Of a stretch of 64,000 bases of DNA, positions 45,861 to 61,595 are shown piece after piece. Made by a program: the position numbers and the translations under genes. This DNA is from Harriotta raleighana (taxonomy: Eukaryota), in contig JBNZDD010013635.1 in assembly GCA_050575255.1 (NCBI GenBank), positions 654,947 to 718,946 of the forward strand. The letters run 5' to 3'. A model generated the notes under the pieces. It worked only from the letters and a program-made list of their open reading frames with translations, was not told the DNA's origin and made no database searches. Each line of letters begins with the position of its first letter. Position 1 is the first letter of the stretch.

Positions 45861-48800
45861 AATAACTATCTGATTCCCTTTTGAAAGCTGCTACAGCATA
45901 AAGGTCACAAAAAATATTGATGTGTGAAGCATCCTTGCCAAAACCTGCGTAAAGTACACAAATAATTCCAATAAATAGTTGAGCAAACAGACGCTTTGAT
46001 GCATTTCAATAGTAACCTATTTGAATAGTCTTCAAAGACTCCAATCTGTTTAGCTGGCCTGCTGACGAGGCTTTAAAACTGAGAACATGGTAACAATCAT
46101 GCAAGGCATTTATGCTATTTAACTCGGTCACATATATAAATACTGTCAAGATTACAAACCTGGAAGAATCTAGTATTTATAAGTTCTTGGATTCCAGAAA
46201 TTTCAGACAACAGCACATTAGTTTGCAGACTGAACGATTAGAAACCCAACGATTATCCAACAAATGATGGTTCTCCAACTGTAAACCAGACCCATATTTT
46301 AGACTGACTGCACAAACGTATAAGCCTCCAGTATTATGGTTTGCTCACCACTCATCGAGGCCAATTCTTCCGCTTTTCACAATATAATGGCTGCAAATTT
46401 CCACCATAAAATTGCAATGAAAAAGAAGTCAAAATCTATGGAAAGAAATACAGTATACAGCATTTCTTAACCCACTAAATGTAAATTGCATCATTTAACA
46501 AATGTAAAATTCCAATTTTAGATATCTTTATGGGGAAATTTTCTCACTCAACTGTCTTTCTGTCCAGAACAGCACTGAAACAGTTTTTAAAAATATATTA
46601 AATGAGTCCAGTGTCCTGGCTTCAACATTCATACATACTAACTAAAGTGGCAAAAATATAATATTGATTTTATGACAGCAGCTATGAATTCTGCAATTTT
46701 CACACATCTGCAGGAAAATCGATGTGGAATTTTAACATCCAATTATTAACCGTGGAATGCCAAAGCGATGTGAAGTGAATAGAAAATGTTAAATATGCCT
46801 TTTGGTTTTGCTGACAGCTACTGGATACACATTGAATACAGAAAAAGTGCGTCTGGTGACACATCAGAACAGAACGTTACCCAATTTTGCTCAGAGTAAA
46901 GTTTGACTTTCCAAAAATAAATAAACACTAGATGAAGGTAACTTTCGATGTCCTGCCAACCAAAGACCAATTTCGAAGACAAAACTTTATTGTTTGCAAA
47001 ATCCCTTGTACGAAGCCAGGGGCTTATTTGTCCGTTCTGGCTTCCTAATGCACTGTGGCAGTCAACCTCAATTTGTCTCCTGGAGAAATAGTGAAGTCAT
47101 AGATCAGTATCTGTGTGACAAAACCACAGGCTTGTGGATGTTGACTGTGAGGTGCTTCTATGTGGAATTGCAAATACAGAGCAGTCACGTTATATTCAAC
47201 ATATTCACACACTTATTTTTGCTGACGGAAATCAATATCACAAGGCCTTTCATTTACAATTGGCCAATCGCAGAATTATTTGCAGATGCACAAGGTTCAC
47301 AAAGTACTACTGGGCACACATTTTATTCCGCTACAAATTGTAAAGTTCCACATTAATCTGATGGAATGCTTGCAACAAATCAACACACAAGTGCTATTTG
47401 TGAAACTCTGCCAATATTCAAGCCAGCAGGTCACAGTGACCAGAATCATAGGAGATACAGTAGATATTATTTCCTGGTACTTACTGAGTAATGTTGGCAG
47501 AAGCACAGATGAAGATAATAAATTGGAACAACCAACAAAGAAAACGCAAGAAACACTATTGAGTCTACCTCCTCTCCCTGAATAAGTATCATAGATGTAA
47601 ACCAACTTGTTTCCTTTACCAGATAGAATTCCTGACGATCAGGAGGTGTTTACTCAATCTATAAGGATGGATGGATGTATATTTGTGTCGAAAGGAATTG
47701 AGGTTTACCAGAAATCACAAGATTTACCATTTGTATATGTGATTAATTTCAAATCATTGTGGTGGGTAGTGTGTATCGAGCAGATTTGTTTTGGATGTTT
47801 CACTTGAACATGTATTTGTACATTTCTGACTCCAGAATGAAGCTCATTATATAGTGGTGCTGTAGTTATCTGTTAGTAACAGCAACTATATAAACTACTT
47901 TGAGAATGTTGGAACCAATCGATATCAAACACGTGGCTTTCAGACCACATAAGATCATTGAGGATATCTTTTCATACAGAAACTAGTTTAATTCCACAGA
48001 TAAATTATGCCATTGATTCTGTGTTAAATGCTGCCACCTAATCCTCTTACACCCGTCACTTCTCCTGGCTACGCTCTTCCTGAATGCCCTGCAATGACGT
48101 ACTCAGATACCCTATTCTTTTCTTCTTATACTACCTCGCTCAGGTCCACCTACTTTTGACATATATCTGATCGTCCAAATCATCTGGAAGATCTTCGGTG
48201 GTCACCTTATTCTATTGGGTGTGTTCAAAAAGTTTCTATTGCTGGTAAATCATACCAGAACTGAGCATTTCTTCAGAGAATAGTTCCTCTATATTTTGCT
48301 TTTTTCCCCCCTGTTGACGCATCTATTTGATATTTTTCTGTAACACCCCTTGAAATACAGGGGTTTATATTCTCAAAGGTATATCTTTCGATTTTACTCT
48401 TGTACAAAAACATATGTTGTGTAAGCTTCTCTTATTTGCAAAGATCAAAAATGGCTTTATATGTTTAGCAAATCACAAAAAACTAGCAATATTCTGATGG
48501 TCCTGAAATACAATTATGGAACTAAAACATACAATTTTTTCCTTGAAATTATGCCTGTAAATTGGGAATAAAATGGCATTTCCTATAAAGTTGTGTACTG
48601 TATAATAAAGAATTTATATGGGTGGGTCTGAGTCTGATTTACATCAACTTGAGTCTGTCTGAGGAAAGCAATGAATTTCTGGAAAAGTTAAAGGGAATGG
48701 TGTAAGTTTTCATGTTGCTTCATGTGGAGTGCTAAACATCTGTGTACAATAAATTATCACTGGCTTTCTGTTATGCTTCCTGCAGGTTTCCATTACACTG

Positions 48801-49024
48801 AAACAGAGGAGCACACATGCTGATGGGTTTGAATTTATCTAACATATGTGAGTGACATCATACCTCAAGAGCAATGAGTTCGTGAGAGGGACTTATCAAG
48901 TCATTAGCATACATAACATACATATGAGACCTCAGAACATCCATCTATAACTGTGTGAAATGTTGCTTGTAATTGCAATGGTTTACATCAACTCTCAAAT
49001 TCTACTTGGAAATGTTCCCATGTT

Positions 49025-49370
49025 AACAACAAAACAACAAAAAATTTCATTTATAGAGAGCCTTTCACGTCGGGAGGATGTCCCAAGGAGCTGAACAGTC
49101 AGGTTGGGACTGGAGCAAGGGAGAGGGGCAGGGTAAAGGGGGAGGGGTGGGAGAGAGTTAGGAAGTGAGGGAGAGATTTGGAATGGCAGCAGAAGGCACG
49201 ATCGAAGAACAGGGTCTTGAGACCAGTCTTGAAGAAAACAAGGGAGGAAACGAGGTGAATGACTATGGGATGAAGTCCAGAATGTGGGGGCAGAGAGGCT
49301 GAAAGTCCATCCACCAATGGTAGGATGGGTCGGGGACATGGAGCAGATCAAAGCCCGTTGAACGGAGGGG
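49025..49370 (-). mobile_element. L2 LINE 3' fragment with ORF2 C-terminus
   Basis: Frameshifted translation PTIGGWTFSLSAPTFW... / FFKTGLKTLFFDRAF, a pyrimidine-rich UTR, stem-loop and (TTG)n tail. Confidence 0.85.
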
Positions 49371-50146
49371 GTTAATTCCACTTTGCTTTCTATCCTGTTG
49401 GACACTGCATTATTTCTGTTGTTAGATCAAGCAGGTGACTGGTACGCAGACTGTCAGTAAGTTTCTAGCTGCCAGGAGATGATTTGATGGGATTGTATGC
49501 TGATGTTTCGCTTTCCCCTTCCTCCCTGAGGTAATGCTTGAGTTCTGCTTTGTGTCTTTCTCCCAATAACTTGCTGAAACTAGGCCTTAGTATACAAGAA
49601 TATGACCTTTCCCAATGCTGCCACTGTTAACAAGACCAAAGCGTTCTCCTACAAAATATTCAGTCACTACGCTTTGCGGTAAATCTCGTGAAGCGCCTTG
49701 AGACATTCTCCCAAAATGAAAAGTCTATACCTTACATTTTAAATGTTGGACTGGGGAGACTCCAACTGTAAATTGTTTCCCAACGAAATATCTTCCAACC
49801 CTATTTCCTAGAAAGACAGGATGAAGCTATTGACAGCCACTATTATTCATTTCATTGCAGCTGGAGTGAAGCAAATCAACTGTTTCAGAAAATATAAGGT
49901 AAATATTTTAAAAGTACTGTATGGCCATAAGTAACAATAATAAGTAACAAGTGATGCATGAAGGTACACTAAATTCATGCTTTTAGAAAACAGAGCATTC
50001 CACACTTTTAAATCAACTTGTTTGTGTATGCCATCATTTCGATTTTTTTCATTCTAAAATTTAGCATTGCACTGGCGAAATACGGATAGTTTTCATTGAA
50101 TAATTTGAATCCCTCTTATTTCTCGTAATGGTGGATTAGCTGAAAT

Positions 50147-50340
50147 AACAACAACAAAATTACATTTCACATTGCGAGGACTTTCCAAGGCGCTGAAAGG
50201 TGGTACCTCACTAACCTGAACAAGGACATTTCCATTAACAGTAATCTAATGCGGCCATAAAACAGTTATTCCATTATCTTTATGGGAAGTCCTCCGGATA
50301 TGAAAGGCATTATACAAATGTAATTTTGTTGTTGCTGTTT
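50147..50340. mobile_element. Two short, divergently oriented L2 tails (- 50147-50196; + 50283-50340)
   Basis: AACAACAAAATTACATTT...CCAAGGCGCTG and GGGAAGTCCTCCGGATATGAAAGGCATTATACAAATGTAATTTTGTTGTTG. Confidence 0.7.
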
Positions 50341-52281
50341 TTAATTCTGAGTAGCCCAAATTTACATTTGATTTATCAATCAAACTATCCGTTCCTTTAA
50401 ATTCTGTGTCACTGCACCATGAATATGGATTAATACCAGGTAATCCTGATAGCAACATAAATAGTTTTACGATAATCTGAATTACACATCGTCCATGGAT
50501 CAGCAATGTTGTACCCAGGACTATTGATCCAACTCATTTCTTTAACATCGTCACTGATTTTTAAAAAATGTATCATTGTACATTTTTTTGCCTCACCGTG
50601 ATCTGTTAGAATTCGCTTTGTATACATAAGAAAAGCAACTTTTTCATAATCCATGACTACTGACAATATATGCATATTAATCAATCACTCAACAATGGAA
50701 AAGCCAATTGACATCCCCTCTTACACACCACCCACAACATTGTCGTTTTACTTGAGTTATTCTTCTGATAAGAATCCACTTCAATTCCTTTGACACACTC
50801 AGGGTAGAAATTTGTAAGATGCACACTGTTATTTCCCCCCTCCTCCCACACTTTGCCTTTGATCTTTAATAGTTCTGGTACGAGCAGCTGGGAAGGTTAA
50901 CTTTCCTTTTCCCAGGTGTTCCACTGACTCTAGAATACAATACCACACCTGCATGTGATCTCTACACTTCAAAGCAACAAGAACAAGTGACTCATCTAAA
51001 AAAGGGTATGAGATGATCCCTCGTGATGGTGGTAAAGGAAGATCTTGTTAGCTCTCAGCTATAACTATAGGTGTGTGCTCCTCACTGACTTCTTGTCACG
51101 TTTTCGACCACAAATTAATTGTTACACGTGTTGAAAGCTGCTCTTCTTATTCTGTGATCAGAGTGCAGCAACAGTACAATTAACCATTTATTTCCAGCAC
51201 TCTCACTGAACACATTGCTCAGCGCAAGCAAATGCTTAGTCCCAAACACGACTGACAATCTTCCTCCTCGTACACTCTTCGCAACTTGCTGTAGAAAATA
51301 TCACACTAATCTGCCCGTGCACCTTTAGTTTAAAAGCCTGGTTTATTTTAGATAAAATGATTTTATTCCCATCGGGAATGTGCCACCATTCAGAGAACAC
51401 TGTGTCTAATACTATTCCCAAGAACATACATATCGAGTTCTCTTTTTTTTTGAAGGAATTAATCAAAACAATTGCTGTGCCTACTCTCAGTCCTGAAATC
51501 ATTCATGGCATTCATCTCTGATCCCTTTTCAATCCATCAATGCCTCCAAAACGGATGTTGAGAAATGTTTGTTCTTTTGCTCAAGAAGTGTCCAGACTCA
51601 CTTTGCTGAATTTAAATTGGTTGTATTACATCTGTAGTACTTCTATAACCGCAGCTACCTGATACCTCAGTGGGTCCCCTCAAGGAATCTTTGATTTATA
51701 GAGGAGCATCTCCCCAGAGTTCGACAGAAATACACTCTGATTTCATGCTTCTTATTTATTTATAATCACTTCACATAGTTTTGGGATTGCACAACAACAA
51801 ACCAATGTTCTGTTTCGAAAAACTAAGATAACAATAGCTGAATATTAAAGCACAATCCAACCATGTCTCTCTGGTAATTTCTGAGACCAAATATTAAATG
51901 AAAGCCTACTTTTAGGAGTTCTTTTCTTTACTGACTGCAGCATTCTGCATATAAATTGGTATCCCGGCTTTCTTTACAGCACAATATGACACTGTGGGAT
52001 ATTGAAGCTGTTGGAGGCCGAGTTCAATATCTCCTGATTGTAGCATTTGAACCAATTGCTGGTGTGGATTCATAGTAAGAGTGTACTGCCCCTCTAGTGG
52101 GAAACTCTTTAATGCTTCCATCTCATAAGATTTGGTGAACTACATTGAAATCATTCCGTGGTGTGCATTACTCTTTGTTGATAATGTTACCACAGGAAAC
52201 ACTATGGGGTGTCTTGATTTTGTTTAAACTGGTTTTAAGACAAACAGCTCTTTGTCCATGGGGCCATGGACTACTTGTGTT

Positions 52282-52595
52282 AAATAAAATAATCCTTGCA
52301 TTTGATATAGCACTTTTCACGTCTTCTAGACGTCTCAATGCGCTTCACAGAATAGACTGTAAATTGATTTGACTGTGTATTTGTGGGCGAAACGTGGCAT
52401 CCAATTGCGCACAGCATGGTCCCACAAACTGTCATGGATTGAAATGACCAACTTATTATAGTTTTTTTGATGGATTGCTATTAAGCAAGTGGAGTAAGGA
52501 AACGTGCCCAAGGTTTCATCCTGACCTGCCTGGATTCGAAACACAGCTCTCACGTTTGTAAGGCGAATGTTCTAACCACTGAGCTAGAGGACTCC
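52282..52595 (-). mobile_element. Full-length tRNA-derived SINE
   Basis: Reverse tail, body and head (GGATTCGAA; GTAAGGCGAATGTTCTAACCACTGAGCTAGAGGACTCC on +). Confidence 0.92.
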
Positions 52596-55500
52596 TGTAT
52601 TGTTGATAAAGAATTAATGATTGCTGCCAGTATTTCTGGAAATTTAACTGAAGAATATTTTGTGGAGAATGGTTGATGAAAAGCAGTGTAATGCCATGTA
52701 ACTGCAACCTGTCAGCTGGTCTTCTATCTTTCTTCACTGTATCAGTAATGCACATTTTATTTCAGTCAAAATGCTTCATTTGTAGGAGGTTTTTTGGCTT
52801 TACCCAGAGGATAATTAATGACCGGAATAGGTTACTGGAGCCTTGAAAACTGTTACAAACTTAGATGGAGTTCTTGTTAGATTGTAAGAATAAATTAACT
52901 GGCTGTAGGAGCAATGGTTCAAGCAACAAACTGCCACCTTGAGGAAGTCGAGGTTCTGAAGTACGAATGCTTTCGCCACTAATTGGTCTAAGCCAATAAA
53001 TTTGATCTTTTCTTGCAGAGCAGAGAATAGATACAAGTTCCTCTATACAGTCAACCTGAGTCAAGGGTCTTAATGATATTTTGGATCGATTTGAATACCT
53101 AATGGGCCTGAGCCATTTGTTACTAACGGAGCAAGAGAAGGCTACCTACCTTGTTGCCACAACTCCAACATGTGCTGGAAACCCTGATGTTCACGGACAC
53201 CCTTCCTGCAAAGAACACAAAAGATCAATTTCACTATTTAGCCACCCATCCAAATCCCACAGAATTCTTATGATTATGGCTTACATGTCATCTAAATACA
53301 GTAACCTGAATTGGTTTGGTTAGCCCTTAAGGATTTAAGAAATTAAGCCTAATAATTAACAAACCCTAAAATGAAATTCTAATTGATCTGAAGACCCAGC
53401 CCTGCTCAACCTAAGGTCTTTCACTATTAATTTCTGTAAATATTAACTTAAGTAAACAGTTACTGAAACCCTATCAGACTAATTTCCTTGTAGGTCAGAA
53501 CTGAGCTAAAATATTAACTATTGTTAAGACAGTAATTTCTGCAAAACACTTTGAGCCATTTGCCGAATAAAGTACTATTAAAATGAAAGTTATTTTATTA
53601 CTGTTACTTTTGCTCTGAGATGTGAAGGACGCTACGTAAATTCATGTTGTTGTTGTCGAGATGATTAAATGAGAAAAGGCCTCAGATTATCAGTATTTCT
53701 TCAATTTCCAACATTTAACATGCATAGGAAATATATTTTGCTGAGGTTGAATGGAATTTTAAAAAAATCCAATGTAAAATCTCAACCAACTTGTGTGGTC
53801 AAACTGTTAATAATTTGTGACTGTGGGAACCAGTCTATAGTTACTTTGGGAAATCATACAAAGGCCAATTCAATTTGCTTTTGAGTGGGAGAATTGAAAT
53901 GCTTACCAAGCAGGTATTGCCATATTCAGCTTGGGAGGCTTTGTTTTAACTTCAGCATTGGGAATTAAAACTCCCTGCCTGAACTTGGAAACTGCTTGCA
54001 CTAACAAACACTAATCTGTCTGAAACATTTTCTGGGCTATCCTGAGATACAGAGCAGAGTACATTAATACCCATTGGTGCTACATCAACAAATCAGGGTT
54101 GGTAATTCCCAGAAAATAAAGTGAGGCAGCCAAAGTAGAGAATCTTTGGTCATTCTTAAAGCAAAGTTACACTAGTAACCTCTATGAAAACAATAGGCAT
54201 TTTCAAATTCTTGACGAGGATTAAAAGGTCAAGAACGATTGATTGCTTTACATATAACCAGCAAGGACCTGGTTTTGCCCTCTTGCCTTTGAAGGCCTGT
54301 TATTTGAAGGGTCTCCACCAGCAGCTGTAAGCTGATAGCTTGTTGCAGCTGGTACTAGTAAAGCAAGCTTCCTGCTTATTAATGCCAATATCTTCCAGTT
54401 TATACGCTGGTCACTAAAAAAAAGGCAGGAGTATGTAACACAAGCGGATCAGAATTTCATGTCTTGTAATATTCATTTGCTATAAGTGTTCCACAGTGCG
54501 TCATGTCAGGCACTGATATCCTAGACTGAGTGTAAAGCATTACACGTTTACAGCTACACTTCTGAAGTAAAACATTATTGCAAATTACAATGTCTTTATT
54601 TGGATTGAAGGTTGGACACTGTCTTTGTTGACAGAATTCAAATCAACAACCAACAACACCTTGCATTTATATATGGCACACTTCACGCAAGATAGTGTCT
54701 CCGAGTGCTTAACATATTCACAAAGAATGTTATTTACATTCAAAAACTAATGGGACAGATCGTTATGGTGCACATTAGAATTTGCCACCGATAAGTTTTC
54801 AACTGCTTCACAATGCGCTGAAATTAGAACTGACAGACAGTTTACATTTATGTTGGACATATTTTTGCTGTAAGACAAACACTGAGCAGGATTAGATGCT
54901 TAATTAACTAATTAAGGTGGTCACCTCACCATTAAGGGGGAGGGAATTGTGTGTTTTGTGTACTGCAGTACATCTCTATGTGTTTTCTAATCTTAATGGC
55001 TAGCTCGTGCTCTAGGATTTACAGGTGAGCCACAAATCAGAGCGAAAAAACATGTAAAGATTAAAAAGATAATATCTCATGAGGTTTTGCTATTTTAATT
55101 ACACAAGAGCAAATATTTGCGAAAAAATCTCTGCCCATTGGTAAATTTATGGAGTTTAGAGGGTGAGAATATCAGACTTTCCACTGGTCCCTGCAGTGTG
55201 AGTTTTACAGTATTGGGAAATGCCATAAAATAATAATCATTTTTTAAAAAATCCTTTCATTTGATATAACGTCCTTCACAGGATACACTGTCATGTGTAG
55301 TGAGCACAATTTGATCAGATAAATGTTGTACACAGCAATGTCCCATAAATAGTCAACACATGACTACAAAACATAAACATTCAGCGCCAGATCCATAAAT
55401 CAGAGGAGAAAATTTGAAAAACAACGACAACAAATATAACAACAAATTAAATTCCAAGACATCCTATGGCGCCAAAAGTTATCCAATATTTGATGGTAAA

Positions 55501-56287
55501 CAAGTGCTGAGATACTCGGTTCCCCTTGAACTTCACGCTAAATCTCTCTCTTGTTAAAGACAAAAGTTTGGCTGCTCTTCAATACTTTGTTATCTGTAGT
55601 TTACAGTTGCAGTCGGCATTCGCTTTATGATATCCTTGGGCGAAATTATGCAATAGTAGAAAGGAAAGCTGCCTCAAGAGGAAAATAAATCAGCTGCTGG
55701 GGTGGTGGGCAGGTAAGGAACACAATGCCTTTGCTCAAATTGCTCAAGATCTGCAATCCAGCATTTTTTTTGTCTAGCCCAGATTTCCAAGATATTAGTG
55801 AAATGTTTTGTAGAAATCTCAAGAGGGAAAAAATCTTCTCAAAAGCCATCAAACATTTGCTAAAAAAAAACACACCCCTCAGGAGGTAGGACTACTTAAT
55901 GTAAAACAGCACCAACCTCCTTCTGGATAAAAACACAGCAGTAAAGATCAAAAGTGAAACATCAAAGGGATTGTTTCTCACAGGAGGCCAAGTCTTGCCA
56001 GAAATGGTTTGTTTATCTGCATTAATTTCTCACTGTTTATTGAAGCCCCTTCAGTTATTTTATACCTGATAAACTGCTCTTATCCCCATTCTCTTTCCCT
56101 TTATGGCTTTCATAGACTGAGAAACAAAGAATAAAAGGTTGAGTGTGGGTATCTTCATCCCTCTAATTTCCGACCATCTGCTTCAGTGTTACATCCTGTG
56201 ATTCTTGAGATTTGACAAGTCACAGTGAGGGGTTTCAAATGAAAATACTTACTGGGGTTCAGATCTGAAGCAGGGTTTCCTGATTCA

Positions 56288-56478
56288 ATAATAATCCTTG
56301 TATTTTGATACAGCATCCCATCATGTCTTCTAGACATCCCAAACGCTTCACAGAATACACTGTAAAGTGAATTGACTGTATATTTCATGGGTGAAACACG
56401 GCATCCAATTGTACACAGCCGCGTCCCACAAATAGTCGTGAATTGAGTGACCAAATTTTCTTTTTTTTTTAAGGGATT
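56288..56478 (-). mobile_element. SINE 3' two-thirds
   Basis: Reverse tail and body. Confidence 0.88.
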
Positions 56479-59400
56479 GTATGCGTCTAATGGACTTTTC
56501 CTAGTTAAAATAGTTATTTCCTTGAGCCTCAATCCTGAGGAATTCTTTATCTCCAAGTATACCCTTTCCTGTATAGCGGTTTCAAATACCTCAACTAACC
56601 ACCTTTTTCTTGACTTATCTTATTTCTTTTGTTGCTTTCTTGAATTTGGCAATACATTCTACAATGGAGGTAATGGATTTAAAAATGATTAACCTTCATC
56701 TGAAAGATCAAATATTGGCTTGCGAGCGAAATAGTACAGTTCATCTATTCTTCTGAAGTTGTGGTTAGTTGCTCTGTTGCAACAGAGTAAAGGGATCTTA
56801 TCTTATACTCAATCCACCCTATACTTAAGGTGGCAGTGTTTAATCAACACCCAAGAGCACTCTCAAAGATCTTCAATGAGATATGACTCCGACAGGTACA
56901 GTCATTGTTGGAATGTTTGGTGACACATCACCAGATGTCCTTTGTGCGGGGATGATGTGTAAGGTGGGGAAATCCGACAAAAAAGGAGAGAAATTACTGA
57001 AAACATACCGTAAACTACAATAGAAACCAAGAGGACTGAATTTAATAATCTTACTCAGCATTCCACATACCTTTAATTTCATTAATAAATATATGAACTG
57101 TCAAGATTTGAAGCATTCCACTCACTGGCTCAGTTGCAGATACAAGAACCAGTGAGCCACGAGTCAGTATCATTCACACTGGGAGTGACTGGACTGTACG
57201 TACTGAAAATACTATAAAGTGGAATTGGCAATAATAATTTGCTCTATTGCCTATTTCTATGATTGATGGTAAACGTCTACCACCTGCTGTATCACACTAA
57301 ACTATTTCCAAACTTATGCCTGTTTTTTCAATCCATGTTTCTCGATCTGACCCAAAGGGCACAGTAAATATTTCAGGATTCTGATAAATAGCTTGATATA
57401 AAATCCAGTTATGCTCTGTAAACCTCAAGGTCATTGCATAAACAACTAACGTTACAGCCTGCAGAGAGAAACAAAACACAAATGCCTTGTTAAAACTGAT
57501 GGAATAGCAGATGGTATATTCATTAATTTATATACATTACCAACCTACTTGTCACTGAAATGAGGACTACTGTAGTGTTTCACTTAAACTAATAATGAAA
57601 AAGCCAGAATAAATTGCTAGGCTAGTATTATTTAAGGTACGTTATACAAATTGCAGTAGCTGAAACACTGTGTGTATGTTTTGGAAAACTGACAGTGAGA
57701 CTAAACTCCTCGGTATTTGTACTATTCTGTGTGAACAAAACACAGAAATTGGCATCAGAGGACACCTGAACTTTTCAATGCAGTTTGGGCTTGTGGTAAT
57801 TCATTTTTTAATGGGAAAACACAAAACTTATGTTTGAATTGAGCAGCAATCAATCAAAATGAAAATGATAATTCCAAGACTCCTAGCACAGCATTTGAAG
57901 CTACCATATATTGGTATGGGCAACCAGAATATGGACTGTTGTCCAAATTTAAAATCACGCTGTCTGGAACTGATAATTTGAGACCCTCTGAGACCTACCC
58001 ATTCATTTCATCTGGTCCCATGAGACAGTTTCCTCGTTCATTGATAATGAATGTCCACTTTATACGCAAGAAAACTTTATTCAGGAGTACTTATTTGAAG
58101 TGCTATTAGCTACTAACAGAGCTGCGGCATAGCATTGATCGTGTTAAAATCATAAATCCTTAATCTCTCCCATCCTGCCACCATCAGCCTGCCATATCAC
58201 GGAATCATTGATAAGTACTGATGACTCAATGGGAACAGCATCAAATCTTGTTTTGTGTTGGGTCACACTCCACTTAAACGTCTTTCCATAGCTGGCAACG
58301 TTGAGTTTCGGGGGAGGCAAAAGGATGTGGAGAACAAGCGGGAAAAATTAGACAAGATTGAGCAATTAATAGTTTGATATAAACTCCAGTCTGTCTAAAT
58401 ATGAATTCTGAGAACAGTAGCGAGTGCTGTGATTAGGGAGTGCTCTAAGATCCCCTAAATCACTTACAAAAATAATATTTGTCATAGACAATTCATGGAT
58501 GGAATAGACTGCTCCACAGTCCTTGAATAAGATTGTCACAACAAAATGTTGCTAGATCTTAATTAAAAAATTGACACACAAAAACACAGAGCTGTCAGTT
58601 AGGCCCTTATTATCTTGTGTATTTTCAGTAATGCCTTATCTCAGCCATTACCGAGAATATATAAAACAGCAAATTGTTCCCCTCTTGCCTTTTTTGAAAG
58701 TCTAAATTATCCGAATTGGGATAATATTTACATTTGTTTTAAATGTAGCTAAACTGGTCTAATTCACACAGCTATGAAATACTATGCAGAACTAACTCAG
58801 TCTTAGCTACAGTTGAGATCAATCCAATATTTTGGGCATATATCATGGGAAACAAGATGGAGGCAAAACTGCATATTCAAAACAGGACTCAAGGTTTCTA
58901 GGTCAGAAAGAGCCTGAATGTGAGATTCAACAGAGTTACTTCAATACTCATCTGCAAAATATTCCAATTCTGATTTGTAAGAAGTACTGTATGTTTGTGG
59001 AAGATAATCATTTTGTTTATTTTTTCCCTTGCAAGTTGCAGATTTCCCATGAGAGCAATAAAATGCTCGCCTCTGTCTCACTTGATATATTCTTTGTATT
59101 GATTCCCATTCCAGATAGGAGTAATGGCTACCCAGGAATGAATTACAAGACTCTAACCAAATCCAGAGGACTAAATAATTTCATAAGCGACAAGAGCAGA
59201 ATCTAAGTGGTTTATAAAAAACATCTGAATCTACAACTGAGATTTTGCATTAAACTTGCTTTCTGGCAACTCTTGCTTCATATGATGCTTAAGTTCACTG
59301 TTTTTATATATTTTTTAATAATGTTTCTATGAATGTTTCTAGCTTCAGGGGAGTCTTTGACAGTCTCCCGCACTGCACACTTTATATAGAATTACTCTCT

Positions 59401-61595
59401 TCTCTCCTTTCCCGAAGGCATTGACTTATCATGGGATAAAGTTCGACCAACTCCTTCTACTGCCTCTCTCTCTGGTGTCCATTCTTCTTGTGTTCATCCA
59501 CACAGAAAATATTAGGATGTGTTGGGGAAAGGAAGGTGGAATAGACTTAGTTTACCCTATTCTCACCCAACATACACAAACCGTATGTTTCAATAGATGT
59601 CACTGGATAACAACTAATGTTGGAACATTGGCTGATCTTCTTCAGTGACCATTTTTCAGCATGTTTGCAAGTTTTTCCTATAAAGGACTATTTAGTGAAA
59701 AGCTTTGTAACTTTGCTGTTGCAGGATATCTTGCAGCATTAAGTGTGTGATTTTTCCCCTGCTGATCACATACTGACAGGTAATCAAGACTTGTAATAAG
59801 TCCAGTCCCTATTGGGGGCCATTAATCAATCAATGAATCAATTCTCTTTACATTCCTCATGTTATGATAAAGAAGAAAATGTGCTCTTGCTTATTTTTAC
59901 TAATTAAGTTATTTCACATGACAAGATTGCTCTAGGTGTATTTAGCAATAAATCAATACTCAGATTGCTCCTCATTCTTACCCAACTTTGTGTTCTTGGC
60001 ACCTGATTTTAGCAGAATAATTTAAGTGTTTGAGTTGTACAAGAACGTGTAGTTATCAGTTTAAATTTCCTGTAACAGTCAAATCCTGACAGCATGTGAA
60101 AGATTAAGATCCGAGGATGGGTGCAAGGTTCCAAATATTAATATCCCTAGGGTAAAGTTTATAACTGGATATTTTTATCACAAGTAGAAGTTCCTGTGCT
60201 AATATTAGGTAATATATCACTCACTATTGGACATTACTGAAATATTGAGTTCAATGCTGACTCAATGCGGACTTTCTTTTTGTTTTACATAATTTCATAG
60301 CTGTATAATCCATCCAATTGTGAAGATGCATACTGACAAAGAAAGCATAGAGGAGACATATCTAATCACCAGTACTCCTTGTTTAAAGTAAGTGCCATGA
60401 AACCCACTGTACTGTGATGCTTATCTAGAATTACAAGGAAGATTTCAGTATTGCCCATTTAGATGGTAAAGACAATGTACTATCACTAGTGTTTTGTTTC
60501 ACCGTGTGACTTCACAATTAGGTGAGTGTGGCTCCAAAGTATAATAAACCTCTGTAAAGTATTAAACCAGATTTATTGTCTTTGTGATTTCAGGGATGCA
60601 GTCCAAACACTTTTCCAAATTTAATGGATTATTTCAGAGTCTGATGGAAACAAACACCAGTATACTGTAGTAACAGCATGGAACCTCATTAATGCAAGAA
60701 AATCTAATTTGGCTCAAATACTTTTACCAAGTAAACCTCACGTTTTTGCACCCAAGTCCTGCACGTTTTCACCAAGTAGGTGCAAGGTGTGATATTACTA
60801 ATTTAGAAATTAACAATCGATTTTTCCTAACGACATCAACGCATTTCATTAAAATAATGAGAATAATGGGAGTGATTAGAAAGTCAGGCAGTTGACTTCT
60901 TCAACACAGCCTTCTTCAATATCATAAGAAGTGTCTTTCTCAAATAGTTTTACAGTCATAGACTGTACAACAGATGACAAGTGAATCAAAAGAATTTTCT
61001 GTAAACACCCCCGGCCATTTCACTTGTGGGATTCACTTTCTGTGGTCCTGATATTCCATGAGAAATGCAGTTATCGGCCTGTTGTTTATACATAATACTT
61101 GAGTGCTGACATTTATTTGATGCTTAATAAAGATAAAGTACAGTAACTAATTGTTTGTGAATACCATTGCTTATCATAGCAGTCAACCATTCTAATTACA
61201 ACAGGAATGGAACAGCCGCAGTATAACAAGCCTAAAATTTGGTTTGTTTGAAGGGTATTTATTTCACTGTTTATATTGCCATTTACAAAATACAAGTAAA
61301 TGATCAGAGTATGTCAGCAATCACCTACTGTATAGACTATCTTGCCTCTTAAACTCCCTTGTTGGTGCACGTGGAAAAGCGTTTGAATATCATTCAATGA
61401 TATGGAAAACTGTGCTGCTGACAGGATCCCACTAAGACAAATCTGTTGTTCTGAAAATAGTGTTGAGAATGGACAGCAGCAAATGGCAGGAATGCTTCCT
61501 CCAAGTCCTACTGTGTTTATTTTGCCAAATGCTGCGTTTTATATCTGCTCCAATATGGCTGCTCAACATTCGCTCTCATGCATCTTCAGGAACAG

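Noticed and set aside
47134-47343. DVDCEVL peptide resembling the PP2A B'' EF-hand (MDVDGDGVL)
   Set aside because: Wrong strand, upstream of the start exon, GTG start and no further similarity. Coincidence.
52084-52101. CTCF-like motif on the minus strand (CCACTAGAGGGGCAG); similar at 25901-25913
   Set aside because: A one-base indel in the core breaks the register.
56769-56790. Short palindromes (CTCTGTTGCAACAGAG; GAATGCATGCATTC at 34377)
   Set aside because: Arms of 7-8 bp are expected about once or a few times by chance in 64 kb.
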